A DNA stretch of 64,000 bases, from NCBI GenBank assembly GCA_965279525.1, contig CBDIIB010000005.1, positions 320,001 to 384,000 of the forward strand. Direction: 5' to 3'. This document shows positions 9,737 through 19,373 of this stretch, one piece after another. Every line of letters begins with the position of its first letter. The first letter of the stretch is position 1. The notes beneath the pieces are model-generated. The model was not told the DNA's origin. It saw nothing but the letters and a program-made list of their open reading frames with translations, and did no database searches. This DNA is from Tagaea sp. Its GTDB lineage: Bacteria > Pseudomonadota > Alphaproteobacteria > CACIAM-22H2. A program made the translations under genes and the position numbers.

Positions 9737-10873
9737 ATGACGCAAGATAGATCGCAGTCCGGGTCATTGCCCGGTATCGGCTGGGCGGCCGCAGCAATCC
9801 GGGCTCTGCCTGCATATCGTGGACCCACGACATTCGCCGACTTTCCCGACCCGGCGACTCGGCCGCGACTCATCCACCTGAACGAGTCGCCCTATCCGCC
9901 TTCTCCGCGCGTCGGCGAGGCTATCGCCGCGGCGATGCATGACATCAACCGGTACCCCGACATTTTCGGCCGCCAGCTCTGCGCCGCGATCGCCGGATCG
10001 CTGGATCTACCGGCGGCGCACATCGTGCTGGGTTGCGGGAGCGACGAACTGATCCATTTCGCGACCGTCGTGGCACTCGCGGCAGGCGACGAGGCCGTCA
10101 TCCCTGCGCCGAGCTTTCCGCGCTACGCGCTCTCGACGAAGCTGGCCGGCGCAAGTGTCCGGCGTGTGCGTCTCGATGCCGGCGGTGCGTGCGATCCCGA
10201 CACGATCCTTTCAGCCATCGGTCCGCGCACGCGGCTTGTGGTCTGCTGCACGCCCAACCCGCCTTCCGGCGGGATGATGACCGCCGAAGCGCTGGCCGCG
10301 GTTGCGCGAGGCGTGCCGGACGACGTCTTGCTGCTCGTCGACGAGGCATATTACGAGTTCGGCCGGCACGCCGGGGGTCCCGACGCGCTTTCGATCCTGC
10401 GCGCACGCAAAGGGCCCTGGCTGTCGACGCGGACATTCTCGAAGGCCTATGCGTGCGCCGCGTTGCGTGTCGGCTACGCGATCTGCGGCGACGATGGCGT
10501 TGCCGAGGCGCTACGACGCGCGAAGCTCCAGTTCAACGTGCCGACACTCAGTCAGGCGGGGGCGCTGGCCGCCTTCGGCGATCAGGCTTACCTGCGCACG
10601 ATGCTCGACCGCATCTCTTCCGAACGCGACCGGCTTTCCAAGGGCCTCGCGCAGTTGGGCTTGCGCGTCCTGCCGACGGCGGCGAATTTCGTATCGTGCG
10701 TGCTGCCCGGGGCCGCCGCTCCGGCAATGGCGGCCCTCGAGAAGAAAGGCATTTTCGTTCGTGACTGGCGGGACCCCGAGCACCTGAACGAGCTTCGTAT
10801 CGGCGTCGGCACCTCCGACGACACAGGTGCCACACTCGCTGCGCTGGGCGACTATCTGCGGGGTGAGGCGTGA
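9737..10873 (+). CDS. PLP-dependent aminotransferase class I/II (HisC-like)
   Basis: LNESPY, GSDE, PNPP, DEAYYEF and RTFSKAY...LRVGY motifs. Confidence 0.88.
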   Translation: MTQDRSQSGSLPGIGWAAAAIRALPAYRGPTTFADFPDPATRPRLIHLNESPYPPSPRVGEAIAAAMHDINRYPDIFGRQLCAAIAGSLDLPAAHIVLGCGSDELIHFATVVALAAGDEAVIPAPSFPRYALSTKLAGASVRRVRLDAGGACDPDTILSAIGPRTRLVVCCTPNPPSGGMMTAEALAAVARGVPDDVLLLVDEAYYEFGRHAGGPDALSILRARKGPWLSTRTFSKAYACAALRVGYAICGDDGVAEALRRAKLQFNVPTLSQAGALAAFGDQAYLRTMLDRISSERDRLSKGLAQLGLRVLPTAANFVSCVLPGAAAPAMAALEKKGIFVRDWRDPEHLNELRIGVGTSDDTGATLAALGDYLRGEA

Positions 10874-11397
10874 GGAAGGCCGCACCGCAAGGCGAACGGA
10901 TCATCGCCAGCCTGAAAACGGCACGGGTCGAGTTCGTCGTCGCCTTGCCGGATATCGTGACGAGCGACGGATTGCTCTGGCCGCTGTCCCGGGATCCGGA
11001 TGTCCGGCTCGTGCGCATCTGCAAGGAAGACGAAGGCATCGCGATCTGCACGGGCCTCGCATTCGCCGGCCGCCGCTCGGTCCTGCTGATGCAGCAGACG
11101 GGTCTGCTCGATTCGATCAACGCGCTTCGCGCGGTCGGCGTCGAGTACGAGCAGCCGGTCGTCATGCTGGTCGGCCTGCAGGGCAAGGAGCCCGGAATCG
11201 CCCCTGCGGATTCGGCCAAGGTATCGGTGCGGATCGTCGTACCGATACTCGACGCCATGGGCGTGACCCATCACGTGATCGAGAACGACGGCGACGAAGC
11301 GGCAATCGGTCCCGCGATCGAGACGGCTTACGACCGTTCCCGTCCCGTCTGCCTGCTGATCGGCCGGCCACCGGACGCACCGGCGGCACGGCCATGA
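10870..11397 (+). CDS. ThDP-dependent decarboxylase alpha subunit (sulfopyruvate decarboxylase ComD-like)
   Basis: KEDEGIAICTG and LMQQTGL..SINAL Pyr-domain motifs; translationally coupled to neighbours. Confidence 0.75.
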   Translation: MRKAAPQGERIIASLKTARVEFVVALPDIVTSDGLLWPLSRDPDVRLVRICKEDEGIAICTGLAFAGRRSVLLMQQTGLLDSINALRAVGVEYEQPVVMLVGLQGKEPGIAPADSAKVSVRIVVPILDAMGVTHHVIENDGDEAAIGPAIETAYDRSRPVCLLIGRPPDAPAARP

Positions 11398-11969
11398 TGA
11401 AGCGCGACGCCTGCCTGAAACTTCTCGCCCGCCATATCCGGGATGAGGCGATCGTCGCTACCTATCAGGCCGCATTCGACTGGATGGCGATCGCACCGCG
11501 CGATCTCAACTACCTTTCGATCGGTGCGATGGGCATCGCCTCGTCGCACGGCCTGGGCCTGGCACTCGGCCGGTCCGACCGGCGCGTCATCGTGCTCGAC
11601 GGCGACGGAAGCCTGCTGATGAATCTCGGCAGTCTCGCGACGGTCGCGGCAGCCAACCCTCGCAACTTCGTGCATCTTGTCTGCGTCAACGGCGTCTACG
11701 AGGCCAATGGCAGCCACCCGCTGCCGGCAAGCGACAGACTCGATTTTGCCGCCATCGCACGTGGCGCCGGGATCGCCAACGCCGGGACCATCGATACGCT
11801 CGACGCGTTCGAGGCGGCATTGCCGGAGATCCTCGGCGGCGAAGGTCCGATCTTCCGTGCGCTGCTTGTCGAAGCGGGCGAGCCAAGCCAGCAGGATTAC
11901 GCCTACATCCATGGTGCACAGACGCGCCAGCGCTTCAAGGACGCGTTCGGCAAGCCGCCGAAAAGCTAG
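11394..11969 (+). CDS. ThDP-dependent decarboxylase beta subunit (ComE-like)
   Basis: GAMG and DGDGSLLMNLGSL...NGVY ThDP-binding motif. Confidence 0.8.
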   Translation: MMKRDACLKLLARHIRDEAIVATYQAAFDWMAIAPRDLNYLSIGAMGIASSHGLGLALGRSDRRVIVLDGDGSLLMNLGSLATVAAANPRNFVHLVCVNGVYEANGSHPLPASDRLDFAAIARGAGIANAGTIDTLDAFEAALPEILGGEGPIFRALLVEAGEPSQQDYAYIHGAQTRQRFKDAFGKPPKS

Positions 11970-12886
11970 ACCTTGCCCTGCGCTTCGGCGAACAGCCATG
12001 TGCGGAATGCCGCGATCTTCGGCGTGGCCAGCGCGCGCGGCGGGCAGACGAAATAGTGCGCGTAGCCGCTCGGGATCGAGATGTCGAACGGGCGCACGAG
12101 CCGGCCGGCGGCCAGGTCGTCGATCACGAGCGGCGTGCGGCCGAGCGCCACGCCCAACCCCTCGATCGCCGCCTGGATCGACATGTTCGACTGGCCGAAC
12201 CGCCGACCCTTCGAGATGTCGACGCCTGTCGCCGCTGCGGCATCGAGCCAGCTCTTCCAGCCCGGCGTGTTGCCGTCAAGCGTGAGGATGTCGTCATGCA
12301 GCAGCGGCACGTTGGCAAGGTCGCCCGGCACGCGCAGTGCCTTGGGGCCCTTCATGAGCCGCGGCGCGCAGACGGGGAACATCTCTTCGTCGAGGATCTT
12401 CTCGACATGCAGGCCCGGATACCGGCCGGTGCCATAGCGGATCGCCACGTCGGCTTCGCCTGCCGAGAAATCAGCGATCTGTCCCGTGGTAGCGATCGAC
12501 AGTTCGATGTGCGGATGGCGCTCGTCGAAGCGGATCAGTCTGGGAAACAGCCACTTCACCGCAAAGCCGGGCAGCGTCGAAACCGTCAGGCGCGGCCCCG
12601 TGTCGGTCTTGGTCAATTCGCGGATCGCATCGGCGACGACGCCAAGCCCGTCCCGCACGGCGCTTGCAAGCGCCTCGCCCTTGACCGTCAGCGTGATGCG
12701 CCGTGGCTCACGATGGAAAAGCTCGAAGCCGAGCTGGTTTTCGAGGCTGTGGATCTGGTGGCTGATGGCGCTCTGGGTAAGACCCAGTTCATCGGCGGCC
12801 ATCGTGAAGCTCTTGAGGCGTGCCGCTGCCTCAAAAGCGCGCAGCGCCGAGATCGGCGGCAAATGACGCAGGGGGGAGGTACCCAT
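11966..12886 (-). CDS. LysR-family regulator, GcvA-like
   Basis: LPPISALRAFEAAARLKSFTMAADELGLTQSAISHQI HTH. Confidence 0.9.
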   Translation of the reverse strand: MGTSPLRHLPPISALRAFEAAARLKSFTMAADELGLTQSAISHQIHSLENQLGFELFHREPRRITLTVKGEALASAVRDGLGVVADAIRELTKTDTGPRLTVSTLPGFAVKWLFPRLIRFDERHPHIELSIATTGQIADFSAGEADVAIRYGTGRYPGLHVEKILDEEMFPVCAPRLMKGPKALRVPGDLANVPLLHDDILTLDGNTPGWKSWLDAAAATGVDISKGRRFGQSNMSIQAAIEGLGVALGRTPLVIDDLAAGRLVRPFDISIPSGYAHYFVCPPRALATPKIAAFRTWLFAEAQGKV

Positions 12887-12899
12887 GAAATCGGCTCAC
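12885..12899. promoter_or_regulatory. Putative LysR operator in the divergent promoter region
   Basis: ATGA-N7-TCAC overlapping the regulator's start codon, a typical position for an LTTR recognition site. Confidence 0.35.
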
Positions 12900-12977
12900 T
12901 TGAGGATTTAGGTATTTCCAAACAGAATGCCAATACCCGATCTTCTCACATGAACGAAACAGATGGAAGGGCCGCAG

Positions 12978-13961
12978 ATGGCCTACGCGGGCGCCAAGCA
13001 GATTGCAGTCGAGGAAATCCCGATCATCGATGTCGGCGATCTCGCGTCGGACGACCGCGAGAAGATCGATGCGGTCGGCGCGCAGATGCGCGAGGCCGCC
13101 GAGCGGATCGGCTTTTTCTATGTCCGCAATCACGGCATAGCACCGGCCCTGGTCGAACGCGTCTATGCGGCCAGTCGGGCCTTCTTCGCGCAACCGGATG
13201 CCGTCAAGCGGACGGTCACGATCAACGATCTCCATCGCGGATTCCTGTCGGTCGGCGGCGCGAAGATGTACAGCAGCGCCAAGATCGATCTGAAGGAGAG
13301 CTATCTCTGGGGCCTCGAGCTTGGCGACGACGATCCCGACGTCGCCGCCGGCAAGCCGCTGATGGGGCCGAACAACTGGCCGGCCGGAAGCCCCGAGACG
13401 CGGGCGGCGTTCTACGCCTACTACCTCGCGATCTGCGATTGCGGACAACGCCTGCTCAAGGGTCTTGCCGCCAGCCTCGGGCGCGATCCCTCCTTCTTCG
13501 CTGCCGCGTTCGCCAAACCGCTCGCGCGCGGTTCGGCGATCTACTATCCGCCGCAACCCCCGGATCTCGGCGAGACACAGTTCGGCGTGGCGCCTCACAC
13601 CGACTACGGTGGCCTGACGCTGCTGTCGCAGGATCAGGTCGGAGGGCTTCAGGTTCTCGCCAAGTCCGGTCAGTGGGTCACGGCGCATCCGGTTCCGGAC
13701 ACGCTGGTCGTCAATATCGGCGATCTCATGCATCGCTGGACGAACGCGCGCTTCAGCTCGAACCCGCATCGCGTGATCAACGCGTCGGGTCGCGAACGCT
13801 ATTCGATCGCCGTCTTCTTCGATCCGCATCCCGACACGGTCGTCGATCCGCGCGACCTGCTCGACGACAAGGCCGCCGCGAAATACCCGCCGATCGCGTG
13901 TGGCGAGTACATCGTCCAGCGCTTCGACAAGGCGTTCAAGTACCGGCAGGCGAAGTCGTGA
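12978..13961 (+). CDS. Isopenicillin N synthase-like 2OG-Fe(II) oxygenase
   Basis: IPIID, GFFYVRNHG, HTDYG and NIGD...HRV...RYSIAVF motifs. Confidence 0.9.
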   Translation: MAYAGAKQIAVEEIPIIDVGDLASDDREKIDAVGAQMREAAERIGFFYVRNHGIAPALVERVYAASRAFFAQPDAVKRTVTINDLHRGFLSVGGAKMYSSAKIDLKESYLWGLELGDDDPDVAAGKPLMGPNNWPAGSPETRAAFYAYYLAICDCGQRLLKGLAASLGRDPSFFAAAFAKPLARGSAIYYPPQPPDLGETQFGVAPHTDYGGLTLLSQDQVGGLQVLAKSGQWVTAHPVPDTLVVNIGDLMHRWTNARFSSNPHRVINASGRERYSIAVFFDPHPDTVVDPRDLLDDKAAAKYPPIACGEYIVQRFDKAFKYRQAKS

Positions 13962-14349
13962 TCCGGCGTGCGCGCTCGAGCCAGGCCTCCAGCCATTCGG
14001 CATAGGACCGCTCGCAGCGCAGCACGTAGCCCCCGGGCGTACAGACGAGGATGACAGCCATGTCGCCGAGGCGCGTGCGGCCGGCGAAATCCGGCGCGAG
14101 GCGTCCGAGATCGAGCGCGATGCCTTGGGCCAGCAGGTCCGCCGCCCCTGGGCCGTCAACCGAAAAGGCGGCATAGGCGTGCGACATGTCGACGGCCATT
14201 CCGTCGGCCGGGGGCGCGGCGCATGCCCCGAAGACGAGCCACATCGCCGGCTCGATCCGCACGGACGGTTCGCGCGGCGCGGATCGCGAAAGCCACGCGG
14301 TCAACCGTTCCGCCGGCAAGGCACGGATGCGAATCTCGCGATCAGCCAC
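13936..14349 (-). CDS. soxG: Sarcosine oxidase gamma subunit-like (short)
   Basis: VDMSHAY...GPGAADLLAQG.LDL...RSYAEWL motif; directly downstream of soxA. Confidence 0.7.
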   Translation of the reverse strand: MADREIRIRALPAERLTAWLSRSAPREPSVRIEPAMWLVFGACAAPPADGMAVDMSHAYAAFSVDGPGAADLLAQGIALDLGRLAPDFAGRTRLGDMAVILVCTPGGYVLRCERSYAEWLEAWLERARRITTSPAGT

Positions 14350-17257
14350 GCTGGCGATCCCCGCGCGGGTCGTAGAAAGCCGGCGCCACGACCCGCGCGC
14401 CGGCGACCCCGTCGGCAAGCGCCACCGTCACGTCGCTGCCGACAAGTGCGCGACCGTTTTCGATCAGCGCCAGCGCCAGCGACCGGCCCAGCGCATCGCT
14501 CCAGCAGCTTGCGGTGACGTGGCCGCGTCCGCGCGCGGCATCGCGCCACATCACGCAGGCACCCTCCGGCAGCACGAAGCGCGCGTCGCGCGAAAGCAGG
14601 CCGACAAGCTGTGGCCGGCCGGAAGGATCGGCGCGGTTGCGCCGCAACGCCTGCCGGCCGATGAAATCGGCCTTGTCGGCTTGCACGGCAAAACCCAGTC
14701 CCAGATCGTAAGGATCGGCGATCCCGTCGCCTTCATGCCCGACCGAGATGAAGCCCTTCTCGATCCGCAGCACGTGGTTGGCCTCCGAACCGACCGGCAC
14801 GATTGCGTGCCGTGCACCGGCTTCCAGAAGACGCGCCCAGAGGGCGCGTGCCGCACTCGCAGGCAGGAAAATCTCGAACGACAATTCGCCGGTGAAGCCG
14901 GCGCGTGCAACGCGGACTGCCTGCCCGCCGATGCGCGCCTCCACGAGCGACATGAACGGAAAGTCGGCCGGAAGCACGGCGCCGGCCTCGGCAAGCACGG
15001 CACGCGCCTGCGGACCGCACAGCACCAGATCGGCCCATTGCTCGGTCACCGGCAGGATGAAGACCGAGAGGTCGGGTCGCAGGATCTGGCGGCAATATTC
15101 GAAGCGCTGCAGGCAGGCATCGGCATTGCCGGTCGTCGTCGTCACGAAGAAACGGTCGGGGGCAGTTCGGAAAACGATGCCGTCATCAAAGAGCCGCCCG
15201 TCCTCGTGGACCTGCAGCGCATAGCGCCCGCGGCCAGGCTTCAGGTCCGAGAGCCGCGTGGCATAGACGAAGTCGAGGAAGACGGCTGCATCCCGCCCGC
15301 CAATCTCGAACTTGCCGAGTGGCGAGGAATCGTAGAGGCCGACGCATTGGCGGACCGCGCGGCATTCCCGATGCGTGGCGCTTTCGAGCGTCTCGCCGGA
15401 ACGCGGGTAGTAGCCCGGTCGCCGCCAGTTGGCGCCGGATTCGTACATGACGGCACCAGACGCCTCGTGGATCGAGGTCAGTGTCGTGGTCCGCGACGGG
15501 CGAAGGAGCCTGCCGCCCGCATCGGCGAGTGCCGCGAACGCGACCGGGACGAAGGGCGGCCGATAGGTCGTGGTGCCCGCCGCCGCGGGCGAGACTTCGC
15601 GTGCCCGCGCGAGCGCGTCGATCGCGTTCATGTTGCCGAAGCGGCCCTGGTCGGGCGCCATGCCCGTCGTAGTATAGCGCTTCAGCAGCTCGACGGCATC
15701 GTAACCTTCCTGCACGGCAAGCCGCAGGTCGTCGGCCGTCACGTCGGCAGCCACATCGACGAAGGCCTTGCCGCCGCGCCGGGCGCGCGGCATTTCCCAG
15801 CGCGCCAGAAGACCGGCCGGTCGGTCGGTCGATACCGGAACATGTCGCGCCGCCGACGCGACGAAGCCGGCGGCTTTCACCGCCGCGATGCCGGCGCGAT
15901 GCCCGTCCGCAAGCGCCTCACCGATCCTTCCGCGTCCATTGCAGGCACCGGCACTGAACGCGCCGTCATGCGGCGCGGTCGGCACGAAAGCGGACAGGTG
16001 CGGCTCGAATTCGAGCCTGCCGCCGGCGTGCGAATGCAGATGCACGGCCGGCGTCCAGCCACCTGCCATCGCGACGGTGTCGCATGGAAGATCGCGCGTC
16101 CGGCCAGGCTCCGCGACCAGGGCAATGCGCAATCCGCGCACCGGCGAACCGAGGGCCGCGATCGCCGCATGGCCGGCATGGATCGCGATGCCGGCGGCTC
16201 GAGCCGCGGCGACGCGAAGCGGATCTGCTGCCGGCCGGATGTCGACGAGTGCCGATACCCGCACGCCGGCGGCGGCGAGGGCGGCCGCGTCGTCATAGGC
16301 CTCGTCGTTGTTGGCAATGACGGCGACATCGCGCCCGCAGGCGACGGCAAAACGTCGCGCATAGGACAGGACGGCGGAGAGCAGCATCACGCCCGGCCGG
16401 TCGTTGTCGGCGAAGACGAAGGGCCGCTCGAATGCGCCGGTCGCCAGCACGACCGTCTTCGCGCGGATCTTCCAGAGACGTTTCTCGATCCCGCAGGCAG
16501 GTGCCTCTTCAAGTGCGACGATCAAGCCGCCGTCGTACCGACCCAGCGCCGTCGTCCGCGACAGGACACGCACGCCGCGGGCGCGCAGAAGTGCAGTGGT
16601 CCGGGCAATCCAGTCTGGAGCCGCGTTGCCGTCGATTTCCGCGTCCGGCCGGTCGCGCAACGCGCCGCCCGGCGCCAGATCTTCGTCGAGGAGCCAGACC
16701 CGTGCGTCCGTCGCTGCCGACACAGCCGTTGCCGCGGCCAGACCGGCAGCACCGCCGCCGACGACCAGCACGTCGCAATGCGCGAAACGTTTCTCGCACG
16801 CGAGCGGGCCCGATGCTTCGGGCAACCTTCCCAAGCCGGCCAGTGCGCGGATCGCCGGCTCGAAAAGATGCCAGGCGCGGCCGCGCGGACCGCGAAATGT
16901 CTTGTAGTAAAATCCCGCCGGCATCAACGCGCCGAATGCACCGAGAACGGACGCGACATCGAATGCTGCCGACGGCCAGCAATTGACCGCGCGCGCGTCC
17001 AGTCCCGCCGTGGCAGCAAGCCGGGTCGCAAGCTCGACGCCGTCACGCGTCTGGACCAACGCGTTCGGTTCGTGCCAGCCGAAGCCGACAATCCCGCGCG
17101 GCCGGTGGTACTTGAAGCTGCGCGCGACGGTCCGCACGCCGTTTGCGAGCAGCGTTGCGGCAAGTGTTTCACCGGCACGGCCCGCGAGCGACCGGCCGTC
17201 GAAAGTGACGGGCACGATCGCATCGGGTGGGACAGCGGAAAGTCTGTATCCGCTCAT
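14342..17257 (-). CDS. soxA: Sarcosine oxidase alpha subunit
   Basis: RSFKYHRPRG, LKRYTTTGM.PDQG and a GcvT-like C-terminal domain. Confidence 0.9.
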   Translation of the reverse strand: MSGYRLSAVPPDAIVPVTFDGRSLAGRAGETLAATLLANGVRTVARSFKYHRPRGIVGFGWHEPNALVQTRDGVELATRLAATAGLDARAVNCWPSAAFDVASVLGAFGALMPAGFYYKTFRGPRGRAWHLFEPAIRALAGLGRLPEASGPLACEKRFAHCDVLVVGGGAAGLAAATAVSAATDARVWLLDEDLAPGGALRDRPDAEIDGNAAPDWIARTTALLRARGVRVLSRTTALGRYDGGLIVALEEAPACGIEKRLWKIRAKTVVLATGAFERPFVFADNDRPGVMLLSAVLSYARRFAVACGRDVAVIANNDEAYDDAAALAAAGVRVSALVDIRPAADPLRVAAARAAGIAIHAGHAAIAALGSPVRGLRIALVAEPGRTRDLPCDTVAMAGGWTPAVHLHSHAGGRLEFEPHLSAFVPTAPHDGAFSAGACNGRGRIGEALADGHRAGIAAVKAAGFVASAARHVPVSTDRPAGLLARWEMPRARRGGKAFVDVAADVTADDLRLAVQEGYDAVELLKRYTTTGMAPDQGRFGNMNAIDALARAREVSPAAAGTTTYRPPFVPVAFAALADAGGRLLRPSRTTTLTSIHEASGAVMYESGANWRRPGYYPRSGETLESATHRECRAVRQCVGLYDSSPLGKFEIGGRDAAVFLDFVYATRLSDLKPGRGRYALQVHEDGRLFDDGIVFRTAPDRFFVTTTTGNADACLQRFEYCRQILRPDLSVFILPVTEQWADLVLCGPQARAVLAEAGAVLPADFPFMSLVEARIGGQAVRVARAGFTGELSFEIFLPASAARALWARLLEAGARHAIVPVGSEANHVLRIEKGFISVGHEGDGIADPYDLGLGFAVQADKADFIGRQALRRNRADPSGRPQLVGLLSRDARFVLPEGACVMWRDAARGRGHVTASCWSDALGRSLALALIENGRALVGSDVTVALADGVAGARVVAPAFYDPRGDRQRG

Positions 17258-17478
17258 GGCACGAACGCGTTCGAAGCGGTGTCGCGGCGCAGGCGAAGCC
17301 AACCGCGGCAGCCGAACCTGTGCCACCAGAGTTCCTCGGCAACCCCCTTCGGATTGGCACGCGCGTAAAGCGTGTCCGCGAGATCATCCGCCGATGACGG
17401 ATGCGCCGTCGCCTCGCCCATGCAGACGAATTCATTCTGTTCGCGCAGACCGCAATCGGGACAAGGGACGAGCCGCAT
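17254..17478 (-). CDS. soxD: Sarcosine oxidase delta subunit
   Basis: CPDCG.R...EF and ELWWHRFGCRGW Zn-binding motifs. Confidence 0.88.
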   Translation of the reverse strand: MRLVPCPDCGLREQNEFVCMGEATAHPSSADDLADTLYARANPKGVAEELWWHRFGCRGWLRLRRDTASNAFVP

Positions 17479-17482
17479 GGCT

Positions 17483-18733
17483 TTATGAATCCCGGTTCGA
17501 CGCGCCGGCGGTTTCGTAGAGCGGCCGGCCGCGTGCGAACCGGTCGAGCGCGAACCCGGCGATCTCCGGTCCGGGAAGGTCGTTGGCGATGAGGTCCGCG
17601 AACGCGGCACCACCGGCCGGGATCGCCTTGAAGCCGCCGGAGCCCCATCCGACATCGAGATAAAGCCCCTCGACCGGCGTCTTCGAGACGATTGGCGACG
17701 TGTCGTGGCAAAGATCGATCGCACCGGCCCATTGGCGAAGCATCCGTACACGGCCGAGGACCGGGAAAAGCTCGACGAGGTTCGACACGACGCGCTCGAG
17801 CGTGGCGAACTCGCCGCGCTGGACATAGGACGGGACCGGATCCGAGCCGCCGCCGATGACCAGTTCGCCCTTGTCGGACTGGCTCAGATAGACCTGCCCC
17901 GGGCAATTGACGATGCAGGAGAGCATGGGCTTCAGCGGCTCGGAGACGAAAGCCTGCAGCGGCACCGTCTCGATCGGAAGCCGTAGGCCGGCCGTTTGGG
18001 CAAGCACGCTTGCGTGCGCCGAGACGGCGAGCGCCACTTTCGGGGCCGCGACGAAGCCGTGCGTCGTCTCGACGCCGGTAACGCGCCCGCCGCTTCGCCG
18101 GATCGCCGTCACTTCGCAGTTCTGGACGATATCCACGCCCAGCGCGTCGGCCGCACGCGCGTATCCCCATGCCACGGCATCGTGGCGGGCGACACCGGCG
18201 GTCGGATGCCAGGTCGCCGCCAGGATCGGCAGGCGCTTGGGTCCGTCGAGATCGAGAATCGGCACGCGTCCCTTCGCCGCCTGCGGCGTGATGATCTCGA
18301 ATGGCACGTCGGCAAGCCGCAGGATCGACTGGCGGCGCTTCACGTCGCGCAGCTTGGCCCATGTCTGGATCAGGTCGATCTGGCCGCGCTCGGAGAACAT
18401 GACGTTGAAGCCGAGTTCGCCCGACATCTCGCGCCACATCCGCAGGCCTTCGGCATGGAACCGGATGGATTCTTCGCGCAGGTAGTTGGCCCGGATCGTC
18501 ACCGTGTTGCGGCCCGTGTTGCCGCCACCCACCCAGCCCTTGTCGACCACCAGCACGTCGCGAAGCCCGTGCCGCCGGGCGAGGTAATATGCCGTGGCGA
18601 GGCCGTGCCCGCCCGCCCCGACGATCACGGCGTCGTATTTCGCGCGCAGCGGCGGACTGCGCCACGCGCGCGGCCAGTCGGTCCGGGCTGCGAACGCGTT
18701 GCGCGCCAGACTCCAGATCGAATAGCCGCGCAT
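17483..18733 (-). CDS. soxB: Sarcosine oxidase beta subunit
   Basis: GAGGHGLATAYYLA, GGGNTGRNT and GWGSGGFKA motifs. Confidence 0.92.
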   Translation of the reverse strand: MRGYSIWSLARNAFAARTDWPRAWRSPPLRAKYDAVIVGAGGHGLATAYYLARRHGLRDVLVVDKGWVGGGNTGRNTVTIRANYLREESIRFHAEGLRMWREMSGELGFNVMFSERGQIDLIQTWAKLRDVKRRQSILRLADVPFEIITPQAAKGRVPILDLDGPKRLPILAATWHPTAGVARHDAVAWGYARAADALGVDIVQNCEVTAIRRSGGRVTGVETTHGFVAAPKVALAVSAHASVLAQTAGLRLPIETVPLQAFVSEPLKPMLSCIVNCPGQVYLSQSDKGELVIGGGSDPVPSYVQRGEFATLERVVSNLVELFPVLGRVRMLRQWAGAIDLCHDTSPIVSKTPVEGLYLDVGWGSGGFKAIPAGGAAFADLIANDLPGPEIAGFALDRFARGRPLYETAGASNRDS

Positions 18734-18738
18734 GCGCG

Positions 18739-19347
18739 TCAGACGTGCTCCCAGTCGTCGAGCTTGTCGGAGTTCGGCGGCGAATAGCCGAGGATGTCGC
18801 CCTGCGTCGTGACGCCAAGCCCGTTCAGCAGCCGGTTTGAATAGTTGAAATAGGCGCAGACCTGGTTCGCCTCGAAGATCTCGGCATCGCTCGCACCGGC
18901 GGCGCGCGCGGCCTCGACATCGGCCTCTTCCATCTTCTGCGGCTCGAGCGTGAGCTTGCGCACGTAGCGCAGCAGGCCGAGCTCCTTGCCGTCGAACGCG
19001 CGTTCGGGCGCGCCAAGCACCAGCGCCTGATAGATCGAACGCGCCTTCGCGTCGTCCTTCAGCAGGCGCGTGAGCCCGGCATAATGGTGCGAGACCGAGT
19101 ACTCGCACTTGTTGGAAAGGCTCGTGTAGATGCCGAGACACTCGAGGAACCAGACGGGCATCGTATTGCCGACATGGTGCAGCACGCTTTTGTAGAGCGC
19201 ACTGTGGCCCTCCATGGTGTGCGGACGCAGCGAATGGATCTTCATCACGTTGTCGATGGCCCCGCCCGGCCCCTTCACGCGGTCGTAGAGCTGGCGCAGA
19301 TATCCGGTCGATTCGTCGTACTGCAGCATCTTGATCCAGGCCGTCAT
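18739..19347 (-). CDS. AhpD/carboxymuconolactone decarboxylase-like peroxidase-related protein
   Basis: HSLRPHTMEGH, N.CEYSVSHH and YFNYSNRLLNGLG motifs. Confidence 0.8.
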   Translation of the reverse strand: MTAWIKMLQYDESTGYLRQLYDRVKGPGGAIDNVMKIHSLRPHTMEGHSALYKSVLHHVGNTMPVWFLECLGIYTSLSNKCEYSVSHHYAGLTRLLKDDAKARSIYQALVLGAPERAFDGKELGLLRYVRKLTLEPQKMEEADVEAARAAGASDAEIFEANQVCAYFNYSNRLLNGLGVTTQGDILGYSPPNSDKLDDWEHV

Positions 19348-19373
19348 CGTGTCGTCTCCTTGAAGGGCCGGCG

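Noticed and set aside
14186-17368. 1060-aa plus-strand ORF and many similar long antisense or alternate-frame ORFs (e.g. 12056-14005, 44653-46785, 51157-52989)
   Set aside because: Shadow ORFs of well-supported genes in high-GC DNA; Arg/Ala-rich and without motifs.
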